A stretch of 21,277 nt of DNA from Gemmatimonadota bacterium (GCA_039586795.1 JBDHJS010000076.1:1-21277), one strand, 5' to 3'; shown: positions 1 through 8,731, counted from the stretch's first letter. Numbers and translations: made by a program. The notes: generated by a model not told the origin, from the sequence alone.

Positions 1-65
1 AGGATATCGGCGATCATCGTTCGCATGAAGATCGCGTCGTCGACAATCAGAACCGTTCGGCTCAT
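1..65 (-). CDS. cheY: CheY-like response regulator, N-terminus only (truncated by window edge)
   Basis: Manual translation from ATG at 65: MSRTVLIVDDAIFMRTMIADI, the classic receiver-domain start (VLIVDD). The ATG overlaps the cheW stop (ATGA). Not in the ORF track. Confidence 0.85.
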   Translation of the reverse strand, partial: MSRTVLIVDDAIFMRTMIADI

Positions 66-559
66 TTCGCTTCCCATCCTCCTATTGACCCGAGCTGCAT
101 CGCCCTGTCTCGCTCGCTATCCAGCTCCAGCACTCGCGCAAACAGCGCCTTCATGTTGAGCTGGAAATAGGGGCGACCTTCGTACTGCCCTACGCCGGCC
201 ACGATATCCCGCGCGCCCAACGCCCCCAGTAACTCTCCGTTCACGTCGAGATCTTCCGAAGACTGGTTCGCGACTCCCTGCAATCGATCAACCTGCAGTG
301 CGACGCGTCGATCTCCTTCTTCAAATACCACGAGCGCCGTTTCCTCGTTCCGTGTCGAGTCCAGCCCAAGCAAGGTCGCCAGATCGCCGGCCACTACGAG
401 ATCGCCACGCAGGTTTATTAGGCCTTGGACGCCCACTACCGCACCCGGAACTGGAGTCGCATCAATCGGTTCCCGCACTTCACATACGTGCTTGGCGTCG
501 GCGGCAAGCAGGTGTTCGCCGACCTGGAACAGAAGCTGACGTCCAGCCGAATGCGACAC
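62..559 (-). CDS. cheW: Chemotaxis coupling protein CheW
   Basis: CheW-type motifs LLFQVGEHLLA, VCEV, TPVPGA..V.GLINLRG, VALQVDRL; directly upstream of cheY; GTG start with GAGGA about 10 nt upstream. Confidence 0.9.
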   Translation of the reverse strand: MSHSAGRQLLFQVGEHLLAADAKHVCEVREPIDATPVPGAVVGVQGLINLRGDLVVAGDLATLLGLDSTRNEETALVVFEEGDRRVALQVDRLQGVANQSSEDLDVNGELLGALGARDIVAGVGQYEGRPYFQLNMKALFARVLELDSERDRAMQLGSIGGWEAK

Positions 560-618
560 GGGTTACAAATCCTCGGGGCGTTCGGGGGAAAAAAGGGGGA
601 GGGATCCGCGGAAGTATA

Positions 619-647
619 AGTATAATAACGACTAAGAGATCGGTCAA
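619..647 (-). promoter_or_regulatory. Putative sigma70 promoter for cheW-cheY
   Basis: Minus strand TTGACC (647-642), 17 nt, TATACT (624-619); the -35 overlaps the rluD stop codon. Confidence 0.7.
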
Positions 648-1618
648 CTCGTCCGGCGGGCCCAGTTGGCGGCCTCCGCCAGGTCGCTGGGCAGCGGAGC
701 CTCGAGCTCGAGCTCGACACCCGTAAGTGGATGCAGGAAACGGAGTTGCGCTGCATGCAGAAACTGCCGGGGAACGCGTGCCGCCAGATCCCGGGCCCAA
801 CGGTCCGAGCTCGACACTCCCCGCTCCCAACCTTCGGCGTATTGCCGGTCTCCCACGACAGGATGCCCGATATGTCTGAGGTGCACTCGAATCTGATGGG
901 TGCGTCCCGTTTGCAGCGTGGCCCGCAGCAGATCTGCGCTTCGCCACCGTTCGATTCGCTCGACCTCCGTCACAGCGGCTCGCCCTCCCGGCACGACCGC
1001 CATTCGCTGACGGTTGCTACGGTCTCGAGCCAACTCAGCGCTGATCACCTGCCGATCGTAGCGAAGGTGCCCCCAACAGGCTGTCAGATAACTACGGAAG
1101 ATCTTCCGACGCGCCAACGCCTCGGCAAGTCTGCGGTGAGCGGTCTCCTCCCGGGCGACGATGATCAGACCGGACGTGTCCTTGTCCAGTCGATGCACAA
1201 CACCCGGCCGGCTCGACCCGCCGATCGAAGAAAGATGACCGGCCTGATGCAGCAGCGCGTTGATCAATGTCCCCCGCGAATGACCGGGCGCAGGATGAAC
1301 AACCATGCCGGCGGGCTTGTTCACCACCAGCAAGGCTTCATCCTCATACAACACCTCCACCGGAATCTCCTCCGGAATGGTTTCCAGTGGTTCAGGCGGC
1401 GGGACTTCGACGACTATCACGTCTCCCAGCTCTGGGACGTAGCTCTTCTTGGGCTTCTGCCCCTCAATCGATACCTGCCCGGCATCAATTAGAGTGGCAG
1501 ATCGAGTGCGTGAGATGGGAAGTAGTTCGGAGAGATATCGATCGAGCCTCTGGTCTGCAGGCTCGTCGACCTGGAGGGTGTACGTTACTGAGCCGTCCGG
1601 TCTCTCAACTCGTTTCAC
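644..1618 (-). CDS. rluD: RluA-family 23S rRNA pseudouridine synthase (RluD-like) with N-terminal S4 domain
   Basis: RLDRYL S4-like start; VVNKPAGMVVHP, catalytic HRLDKDTSG, TGRTHQIRVH and QFLHA motifs; follows lspA. Confidence 0.93.
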   Translation of the reverse strand: MKRVERPDGSVTYTLQVDEPADQRLDRYLSELLPISRTRSATLIDAGQVSIEGQKPKKSYVPELGDVIVVEVPPPEPLETIPEEIPVEVLYEDEALLVVNKPAGMVVHPAPGHSRGTLINALLHQAGHLSSIGGSSRPGVVHRLDKDTSGLIIVAREETAHRRLAEALARRKIFRSYLTACWGHLRYDRQVISAELARDRSNRQRMAVVPGGRAAVTEVERIERWRSADLLRATLQTGRTHQIRVHLRHIGHPVVGDRQYAEGWERGVSSSDRWARDLAARVPRQFLHAAQLRFLHPLTGVELELEAPLPSDLAEAANWARRTS

Positions 1619-2171
1619 TCGTTTCCTGGTCGCGCCGCTTGTCCTCTGCCCAAAGCGAGGCCAGGAGCAAGACCGCCCCGATAGTCACCGCCGTGTCCGC
1701 GATATTGAATACGGGCCAACGCAGCTGCCCGATCCCGAAGTCCAGGAAGTCGACTACACCCGCAGCCGACCGCACTCGGTCAATCACGTTGCCCAACGCC
1801 CCACCTGCGATCGAGCCGATCGCCAGAAGTCGCACTTTGTCCGCGCCAGGTGTATGCCGATACATGATCAGCAACACCCCCAGCGCCACGAAGGCTAGCC
1901 CCAGGAAGATGAACCGGGAGTATGGCCCCAGGTGAAGCCCGAACGCCGCTCCGGGATTGTGGATGTAGGTGAGTCGGAAGAAATCACCGATGACCGGGAT
2001 CGACTCGTAGAGGGAAAGCGTGTTCTGAACCAGGTACTTCGTGAAAAGATCGAGAACCAGAACAACGCCCGCCGTGCCCGCGAATATCCCCAGCTTGCTC
2101 CGCACCTGGGGGGCCTCCGCCAGATCTTTCGGCTGGCTTACCTCCTCGGCCGTGTAACCGTTAGGAGTCAC
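1605..2171 (-). CDS. lspA: Lipoprotein signal peptidase II
   Basis: LDLFTK, NPGAAFG, GGALGNVIDR, VVDFLD, FNIAD motifs. Start moved from 2213 to GTG 2171, which has GAGGAG just upstream and overlaps the dksA end. Confidence 0.95.
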   Translation of the reverse strand: MTPNGYTAEEVSQPKDLAEAPQVRSKLGIFAGTAGVVLVLDLFTKYLVQNTLSLYESIPVIGDFFRLTYIHNPGAAFGLHLGPYSRFIFLGLAFVALGVLLIMYRHTPGADKVRLLAIGSIAGGALGNVIDRVRSAAGVVDFLDFGIGQLRWPVFNIADTAVTIGAVLLLASLWAEDKRRDQETSETS

Positions 2172-2547
2172 CGTTCTCCTCGCGCTCCTTGCACTTAATG
2201 CAAAGTCGTGCATGTGGCAGCGCGTCGAGTCGCTCGTGTCCTATGTCTTCACCGCACTCCATGCAGTATCCGAATTGCTCCGGTGTTTTGTACAGCCTGC
2301 GGAGCGCTTCATCTATGTGGAACAGGAAGCGACCTTCCTTGCTCGCAAACAGGAACGCCTTTTCGCGCTCCATGGCGTCCGTACCCTGATCCGCCATATG
2401 GAAGCTGTATGCCGAGAGATCACCGTCAGAACCCTGCAACGTGTCGGAAAACGATTCGTCAAACTGAGCCAGCTGCTTGACGATTTTCTCCCGCTCAGCG
2501 AGAAGGCGCTGCTCGAAATGCGCCAGATCTTTCTTGGATAGTGACAT
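2161..2547 (-). CDS. TraR/DksA family C4 zinc-finger transcription regulator
   Basis: Coiled coil followed by CMECGEDI...RLDALPHARLCIKC (4 Cys); tip motif HMADQGTD; typical ileS-dksA-lspA context. Confidence 0.92.
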   Translation of the reverse strand: MSLSKKDLAHFEQRLLAEREKIVKQLAQFDESFSDTLQGSDGDLSAYSFHMADQGTDAMEREKAFLFASKEGRFLFHIDEALRRLYKTPEQFGYCMECGEDIGHERLDALPHARLCIKCKEREENGDS

Positions 2548-2589
2548 GGGGCCTTTCCTGATTCCTTCAAACAGACGACGGCGTGTCTG

Positions 2590-5500
2590 TTAGCTTACCT
2601 GTAGTCCGATAACCGCTTCCCGGTCGTCCAGTGCGATATCGCGTCGATGCTCGTACTCTCCGCCACCCGACACGTCCCGGCCAATCTCGATCTCCACGGC
2701 CAACACTTCGTTGGCGATGTAGTCACGGTGCGCTTCCGCAGCTGAGATCACGTCGGGCGCTCCAAAGATACCCAATCGGACCCGATCGTCCAGTTCCAAC
2801 CCGGCATCCCGACGTAGCCGCTGAATCCTGTTCACCAACTCACGAGCTGTGCCCTCCTGTAACAGCCCATCGTCAAGAACTGTATCTAGTCCTACAATCA
2901 CACCGGCCTCCGAGTTCACCACCAACCCTTCCGGTGCTTCTTCTACCAGCGTAACGGCCTCTTCCGGAACGTCCAACGTCGTACCGGACACGTCCACCTT
3001 CAGATCACCGCGCGCCGCTGCCCACTCGGCCAGCACGTCGCTCGGCAAGGCGCGCAGAGCCTCGGCAACCGCGGGGGCGCGCTTTCCGAACCTGGGACCG
3101 AGCGCGGCGAAGTTCGGCTCGGCGCGGTACGCCACAAGCCCCTCTGAACCGGATACGAAGATCACTTCATGTACGTTTAATTCGTCACGAACGATCTGCA
3201 GCAAGTCGTCGTCCAGAGCATCCGCCAGTGCACCCGGCAAACCGACGTACAGGCGGCGTAGGGGCTGTCGCACGCGGATGCTTGCCGCGTCACGAGCCGC
3301 TCGACCCAAACCGGCCAGGCGACGCGCCAAACTCATCGCCTCATCGAGAGGCCCGTCGACATAACCCGCAGGCGCCGGGTAACGTTCCAGGTGCACCGAT
3401 TCTCCGTCAGCAAGAGCCCGGTGTATCCAATCGGTCGCAAACGGCGTCATTGGTGCCAGCAGACGACATACCGTGACCATGGCCTCCCAGAGCGTTCCGA
3501 ACGCCGCATCCATGGTCTCGCGAGTGGCCGTCTTCGTTCCCCAGAACCGAGGTCGCGTCCGCCTCACATACCAGTTGGATAGGTCGTCTACGACGAAATC
3601 AGCAACGTTACGTATCGCGTGCGTCAAGTTGTAATTGTCGAGATCGGCTCGACACTCCGCGATCAACGTATCGAGTCGCGAGACCAGCCAACGATCCATC
3701 ACCGTGCGCGATTCCACCGGCGGCGTCCGATCAGGCGTCCACTTCTCTAGGTTCGCGTAGATCTCGAAGAAGCGGTATGTCGCCGTCAGAGTGCTAAAGA
3801 ACTTCCGGCGAACTTCGCCAATCGCTTTCGGATCGTACCGCTTTGGAAGCCAGGGATTGCTGACCGCCAGCAAGTAGTAGCGAATGGCGTCAGCCCCGAA
3901 CTCGCCTATCGCGTCCCACGGGCTGACCGTGTTCCCGCGGGACTTCGACATCTTCACCCCATCGGCGTCAAGTACCAGGTCGTTTACCACGACGTTGCGG
4001 TAAGGCGCCTGCTCAAACAGAACAGTGGAAATGGCGAGCAGTGAATAGAACCAGCCCCGTGTCTGGTCGACTCCCTCGGCAATGAAATCCGCCGGAAAGT
4101 GCGTTTTGAATTCCTCCTGATTCTCCATCGGGTAGTGCCACTGGCTGAACGGCATCGCACCCGAGTCGAACCAGGTATCGATCACCTCGGGAGTGCGGCG
4201 CATGGTTCCTCCGCACCTGGAGCACCCCCAGCTTACCTCATCGATATACGGCTTGTGCGGGTCGAAATCATCTCCGATCTCGATGCCCGCCAGTTCGGCA
4301 AGACGCGCGTAGCTTCCAACGACATCGATGTGAGCATCATCTGCGTCACAGATCCACACCGGGAGCGGTGTTCCCCAATAACGATCCCTGGATAGCGCCC
4401 AATCAACGTTGTTCTCCAACCACTCCGCCATCCGTCCACGGCCGATTTCCGGTGGATGCCACTTGATGGCGTTATTGTTTGCCAGCAGGCCATCCTTCAC
4501 CGCCGTGGTTTGCAGGTACCACGAGTCCCGAGCGTAGTACAGCAGTGGTGTATCGCAGCGCCAGCAGAACGGATACGTGTGGGTGTTATCATCGACCCTC
4601 AACAAGCGATCCGACTCTTTCAGCGCCTCTACGATCTTCGGGTCTGCATCCTTGACGAACACGCCCGACCATGGACCCACGTCGCTAGTGAAGCTGCCTT
4701 CCTCGTCCACGAGATGATGCATCGGTAACCCAAGGGCTACACCCAGATCGTAGTCGTCCTGCCCGTACATCACCGCCGTGTGAACGATCCCTGTCCCCTC
4801 TTCCGCGGTGACGAAGTCGGCCTCAGCCACGATCCACCCATTCTCTCTTCCCACGGCATCCGCGAGGAACGGGAACGGCGGCTCGTACCTCATCCCGGCG
4901 AGTCCGCCGCCGGGCATCGTGTCGAGGATCTCAGCTTCCGCGCCAAGTACATCTTCCACCAGCCGCTCGGCCAAATAGAAGATCTCTCCGCCCGAGCGCA
5001 CCTTGGCATAGGCGATCATCGGGCTCACGGCGAGCGCGATGTTACCGGGCAGTGTCCAGGGAGTCGTCGTCCAGGCGAGCAGGAATTCGCCGGGTCGGCC
5101 TTCGACCGGGAACTTAACGGTGACCGCCGGTTCGGTTACGTCACGGTATCCAAGCGCGACTTCGTGACTGGACAGACCAGTACCGCAACGTGGGCAGAAG
5201 GGCACGACTTTGTGACCGCGATAGAGCAGGCCTTTCTCGTGAAACTGCGAAAGCGCCCACCACACACTCTCCACATAGTCCGACGAGAACGTGATATAGG
5301 GTCTCGAGTAGTCGAGCCAGAAGCCGATCCGCAGCGACAGCCTCTCCCAATCCTCCTTGTACGTGAAGATGTGCTCGCGAGCCACCTGCGTGAACTTCTC
5401 TACGCCGATCTTCTCGATTTCCGGCTTGCCCGAGATGCCCAGCGCTTTCTCCGCCTCGACCTCGACTGGCAAGCCGTGAGTATCCCACCCAGCGATGCGC

Positions 5501-5745
5501 GTTACCGAGCGGCCGAGCATCGTCTGATAACGGCAAAACGTGTCTTTGATTGTCCGGGAAATTACGTGGTGGATGCCGGGTCGCCCGTTAGCCGTCGGAG
5601 GGCCCTCGTAGAAGACGAACGGGTCACCATCCTGGGTTTCCTCGAGAGTACGCTGAAACGTACCCTCGGCCTCCCACGTTTCGAGAACGGCCTGTTCCAA
5701 CTCCCCGACATCTTCGGGGATTTGCTTGTATAGTTTCTCGCCCAT
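2590..5745 (-). CDS. ileS: Isoleucine--tRNA ligase, type 2 (IleRS2)
   Basis: 1051 aa; FYEGPPTANG, GWDTHGLPVE, WTTTPWTL editing motif, GTGIVH, DWALSRDRYWGTP, EGVDQTRGWF, KMSKS; type-2 C-terminus (EGTARELVNRIQRLRR) without the IleRS1 C-terminal zinc finger. Confidence 0.97.
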   Translation of the reverse strand: MGEKLYKQIPEDVGELEQAVLETWEAEGTFQRTLEETQDGDPFVFYEGPPTANGRPGIHHVISRTIKDTFCRYQTMLGRSVTRIAGWDTHGLPVEVEAEKALGISGKPEIEKIGVEKFTQVAREHIFTYKEDWERLSLRIGFWLDYSRPYITFSSDYVESVWWALSQFHEKGLLYRGHKVVPFCPRCGTGLSSHEVALGYRDVTEPAVTVKFPVEGRPGEFLLAWTTTPWTLPGNIALAVSPMIAYAKVRSGGEIFYLAERLVEDVLGAEAEILDTMPGGGLAGMRYEPPFPFLADAVGRENGWIVAEADFVTAEEGTGIVHTAVMYGQDDYDLGVALGLPMHHLVDEEGSFTSDVGPWSGVFVKDADPKIVEALKESDRLLRVDDNTHTYPFCWRCDTPLLYYARDSWYLQTTAVKDGLLANNNAIKWHPPEIGRGRMAEWLENNVDWALSRDRYWGTPLPVWICDADDAHIDVVGSYARLAELAGIEIGDDFDPHKPYIDEVSWGCSRCGGTMRRTPEVIDTWFDSGAMPFSQWHYPMENQEEFKTHFPADFIAEGVDQTRGWFYSLLAISTVLFEQAPYRNVVVNDLVLDADGVKMSKSRGNTVSPWDAIGEFGADAIRYYLLAVSNPWLPKRYDPKAIGEVRRKFFSTLTATYRFFEIYANLEKWTPDRTPPVESRTVMDRWLVSRLDTLIAECRADLDNYNLTHAIRNVADFVVDDLSNWYVRRTRPRFWGTKTATRETMDAAFGTLWEAMVTVCRLLAPMTPFATDWIHRALADGESVHLERYPAPAGYVDGPLDEAMSLARRLAGLGRAARDAASIRVRQPLRRLYVGLPGALADALDDDLLQIVRDELNVHEVIFVSGSEGLVAYRAEPNFAALGPRFGKRAPAVAEALRALPSDVLAEWAAARGDLKVDVSGTTLDVPEEAVTLVEEAPEGLVVNSEAGVIVGLDTVLDDGLLQEGTARELVNRIQRLRRDAGLELDDRVRLGIFGAPDVISAAEAHRDYIANEVLAVEIEIGRDVSGGGEYEHRRDIALDDREAVIGLQVS

Positions 5746-5754
5746 TTCGATGCA

Positions 5755-6591
5755 TCAGCCCAATCGGGCCACGACGTTCTTGATAAGAGATGTCAGCTTC
5801 GGCTCTGCCTCACCTGCGACGCGGATGATCTCCTCGACGCTCGCCGGCTTCAGCGCGTCCGGCAGGCAGCTGTCGGTGATAATCGACACCCCCAGCACCC
5901 TCATACCACCGTGTACGGCTACGATCACCTCCGGCACCGTGGACATTCCCACGACGTCCGCACCGATCAAGCGTAGAAACCGATACTCGGCACGCGTTTC
6001 CAGATTGGGACCAGCGACCGCTACGTACACGCCGCGCCGCAAGGTTATCTTCTCGTCTTTCGCGACATCGAGAGCGAGACGCTGCAAGCCCAGGTCGTAG
6101 GGCTCTGACATGTCCGGAAACCGGGGACCCAACTCGTCCAGGTTGGGACCGATCAGCGGATTGTCGCCCAGCAAGTTGATATGATCGGCAATCAGCATCA
6201 GGTCGCCAACATCCCACATCGGGTTCATCCCGCCGCAGGCGTTGGAAACGATGAGCGTCTCCGCACCGAGATCGCGCATCACCCGAACCGGGAATGCCAC
6301 CTGTTGAAACGAGTAGCCTTCATATCGGTGAAATCGACCCTGCATAGCCACTACGGGCTGACCGGAGAGGTGCCCGAGCAGCATGCGGCCGCTATGACTC
6401 TCCACAGTTGGCACTGGAAAGTCCGGTATCTCTTCGTATGGGATTACCGTTTCTGCCTCGATCTCCTCCGCCAGACCACCCAGACCCGTCCCCAGGACGA
6501 TCGCCAATCGCGGCTGGATCTTGGTGCGGCTTCGGATCGCTTCCGAGGCGGCCCCGATACGCGCTCTCAGCCCATTCGGATTCGTGGCCAC
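5755..6591 (-). CDS. punA: Purine-nucleoside phosphorylase (trimeric PNP/PunA type)
   Basis: IVLGTGLG, QGRFHRYEG, SNACGG, GPNLETRAE, VGMSTVPEV motifs. Confidence 0.93.
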   Translation of the reverse strand: MATNPNGLRARIGAASEAIRSRTKIQPRLAIVLGTGLGGLAEEIEAETVIPYEEIPDFPVPTVESHSGRMLLGHLSGQPVVAMQGRFHRYEGYSFQQVAFPVRVMRDLGAETLIVSNACGGMNPMWDVGDLMLIADHINLLGDNPLIGPNLDELGPRFPDMSEPYDLGLQRLALDVAKDEKITLRRGVYVAVAGPNLETRAEYRFLRLIGADVVGMSTVPEVIVAVHGGMRVLGVSIITDSCLPDALKPASVEEIIRVAGEAEPKLTSLIKNVVARLG

Positions 6592-7238
6592 TATGCTTCC
6601 TCTTCCTCGTCACCTTCGGTGACGAGGGATGACAACCAGTCCTTTCCAGATGCCGGCTCGTCGCTATCACCTTCGGGTGGGTCGGGTTCCGACCCCTCAT
6701 CCGATGCAACCGGTTTCGCAGGCAGGGGTTCGACCGGTAGCGGCGGGCGCGCCGTACCATAGCCCGGATCGCCCTCGGTCAAACGGCGCTCTTCGATCTC
6801 GAGGTCACCGAGATGCCGCTCCAAAAGCGTGCGGAAAGCTCTTACGAACTGACTCCGACGAGCTTGTAGAGTTTCGAGCTCGCGTTGCAGTTCGCGCACC
6901 GAACGCTGGCCTTCCTCCAGGATGCGTTCCGCCTGACCGTGAGCTTCGCGACGGACGAGCTCCGCTTCTCTGTCAGCCTGCGCCTGCGCCTCTGTACGCA
7001 GCTGCTGCGCTGTTACCAGTGCTTCGTTGAGCGCTCTTTCTCTTTCTCTGTATGAGGCGACCTGCTCCTGCAAGTGCTCGGCTCGTTCCGTCAGCGCGAC
7101 GTTCTGTTTGACCAATTCCTCGAGCCGTTCCGCCACCATGTCGAGGAAGTCGTCTACCAGTTCCGTATCGTAGCCTCGAACCGCGCGCCGGAAATCGCCC
7201 TTCTTTTTCCGCACATCGAGCGGTGTAAGGTCTATCAT
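6591..7238 (-). CDS. divIVA: DivIVA domain protein
   Basis: N-terminal LTPLDVRKKKGDFRRAVRGYD..VDDFLD, long coiled coil, acidic Pro-rich tail; follows yggS. Confidence 0.9.
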   Translation of the reverse strand: MIDLTPLDVRKKKGDFRRAVRGYDTELVDDFLDMVAERLEELVKQNVALTERAEHLQEQVASYRERERALNEALVTAQQLRTEAQAQADREAELVRREAHGQAERILEEGQRSVRELQRELETLQARRSQFVRAFRTLLERHLGDLEIEERRLTEGDPGYGTARPPLPVEPLPAKPVASDEGSEPDPPEGDSDEPASGKDWLSSLVTEGDEEEEA

Positions 7239-7244
7239 GTCGCC

Positions 7245-7940
7245 CTACCTCTCCCCAAACAGCACCGTGCCCAACCGCACCATGTTGGACCCCTCTTCGA
7301 CAGCAATCTCGAAGTCGTTCGTCATCCCCATCGAGAGGTGCCGCGCATCAAAAGCGTTGTGGGCGTCACGACAGCGTTCGTAGAGCTCTCGCGTTCGCCG
7401 GAATGTATTTCGAAGCATCGTTTCGTCATCCGTAAACGGCGCCATCGTCATCAAACCCTGGACCTGCAGATGCTCGAGCCCACAGATCTGCTCCACCAGC
7501 GAAAGGCCGTCCTCGACCGGGACACCGTATTTACTCGGCTCACCTGACGCGTTCACCTGCACCAGAACCGCCGCTCGGACACCCTGTTTCGCGGCTTCCC
7601 GGTCCACAGCTTCCGCCAGTCGCAACGAGTCGACGGAGTGAATCAGCGCGAACGTTTTGACGGCCAGAGCCGCCTTGTTGCGCTGCAAGTGCCCGATAAG
7701 ATGCCACTCGAGCCCAAGGTCGCCCGCCAATTCGTGCTTAGTCCGGCCTTCTTGTACGCGATTCTCGCCGATCACTTCCAGGCCCGCATCGCGTGCCGCG
7801 TATAGCGCCTCGATAGGGTGACCCTTGGTGACGGCGACGAGAGTCACCGGCTCAACATCGGAGCGTCCCCGACGCTCGGCTGCCCGTTCGATGCGTTGGC
7901 GAACTTCGGGCAACGCGCGTTCAAGTCGCTCAAGATACAT
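7245..7940 (-). CDS. yggS: YggS/PLPBP pyridoxal-phosphate homeostasis protein
   Basis: LVAVTK, IGENRVQE, WHLIGHLQRNK, GLMTMAP, LSMGMTNDFEIAVEEGSNMVRLG; ATG 7940 preferred over TTG 7946. Confidence 0.95.
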   Translation of the reverse strand: MYLERLERALPEVRQRIERAAERRGRSDVEPVTLVAVTKGHPIEALYAARDAGLEVIGENRVQEGRTKHELAGDLGLEWHLIGHLQRNKAALAVKTFALIHSVDSLRLAEAVDREAAKQGVRAAVLVQVNASGEPSKYGVPVEDGLSLVEQICGLEHLQVQGLMTMAPFTDDETMLRNTFRRTRELYERCRDAHNAFDARHLSMGMTNDFEIAVEEGSNMVRLGTVLFGER

Positions 7941-7949
7941 AATCAAGCA

Positions 7950-7978
7950 AACTTACGCGGCCGGGTAGGGCTGATCAA
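7950..7978 (-). promoter_or_regulatory. Putative sigma70 promoter for the yggS-divIVA-PNP-ileS run
   Basis: TTGATC (7978-7973), 17 nt, TAAGTT (7955-7950), immediately downstream of the tonB terminator. Confidence 0.5.
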
Positions 7979-7980
7979 GC

Positions 7981-8018
7981 TAAAAGCCCGGCACCGCCGT
8001 CAAGCAGTGCCGGGCTTT
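7981..8018 (-). terminator. Rho-independent terminator after tonB
   Basis: Perfect 12-bp inverted repeat AAAGCCCGGCAC / GTGCCGGGCTTT; ends in a TTTT tract on the minus strand; about 25 nt downstream of the tonB stop. Confidence 0.8.
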
Positions 8019-8041
8019 CGCGTGCAGCGCTCTACGGCCTG

Positions 8042-8725
8042 CTATCCTCTAACCGAGAAATCGATGGGAATCGAAATCCAGACCGGGACTTTCCTGTCCC
8101 GATTCAACGCCGGCGTGAACACGAAGTCGTAGGCTGCCTCTAGCGCCGCGTCATCCAGCTGCTGGTAACCGGAGCCCCTGTTGACCTTGGCATTCTGCAC
8201 ATTGCCGTTGGTATCGATGAAGACCCAAACGTCGACCTTACCGCCGATGCCCGCGTCCTTCAGCATCTTGGGGTAGAGCCGGTCTAAGATCTGTACCATC
8301 TCGCGGCGGTTCCTAACCTCGGGTCTCACCGTCATTGGGGTGAAAACCGGATTGTCACCCAACCGGCTCGCGTCCGACGGAGGCGGCGGCAAGTTCTCGA
8401 CCGGGTTTTCCTCGAACGTCGTCGGCGCGATCGTGATGTCTTCTTCTAGCTCCGCTGCAGCCACCACGGGCACCGCGGGGCGAGAGATCTGCTCCGGCGG
8501 CGGCGGAATATCCACCTCCGGCGGTAGCTCGATCGCTTCGAACTCGTTGACGCCGAAGCTAACGTCGCTCGCCGTCAGATCAGGGAAGAACTCGAACAAG
8601 CCGAAGTGGAAGACCGTGGCGACTATGATGCCACCGTACAGCCACTGGCCGGCTGACCTCTTGAACTTATCGTTGGCCGTCAGGTGGTATACGTGACTTT
8701 CGGCCGCGCCCGTTTCATCCGCCAT
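8042..8725 (-). CDS. tonB: Energy transducer TonB
   Basis: N-terminal TM helix with His (VATVFHFGLF), Pro-rich linker, C-terminal YP...GIGGKV...LDDAALEA...FTPA TonB_C domain. Confidence 0.9.
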   Translation of the reverse strand: MADETGAAESHVYHLTANDKFKRSAGQWLYGGIIVATVFHFGLFEFFPDLTASDVSFGVNEFEAIELPPEVDIPPPPEQISRPAVPVVAAAELEEDITIAPTTFEENPVENLPPPPSDASRLGDNPVFTPMTVRPEVRNRREMVQILDRLYPKMLKDAGIGGKVDVWVFIDTNGNVQNAKVNRGSGYQQLDDAALEAAYDFVFTPALNRDRKVPVWISIPIDFSVRG

Positions 8726-8731
8726 GGCTGC

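Noticed and set aside
2570..2591. Small hairpin AACAGAC...GTCTGTT at the ileS stop as a terminator
   Set aside because: Short stem, weak U-tract and only 42 bp to the next co-oriented gene; not enough support
4780..5733. Long antisense ORFs (317 aa here; also 731-1492, 9626-10432, 12294-13019, 13183-13860, 14540-15235)
   Set aside because: They lie opposite well-conserved genes, as expected for shadow ORFs in GC-rich DNA, and show no protein-family features
5746..5754. T-box leader upstream of ileS
   Set aside because: Only 9 bp separate PNP from ileS, leaving no room
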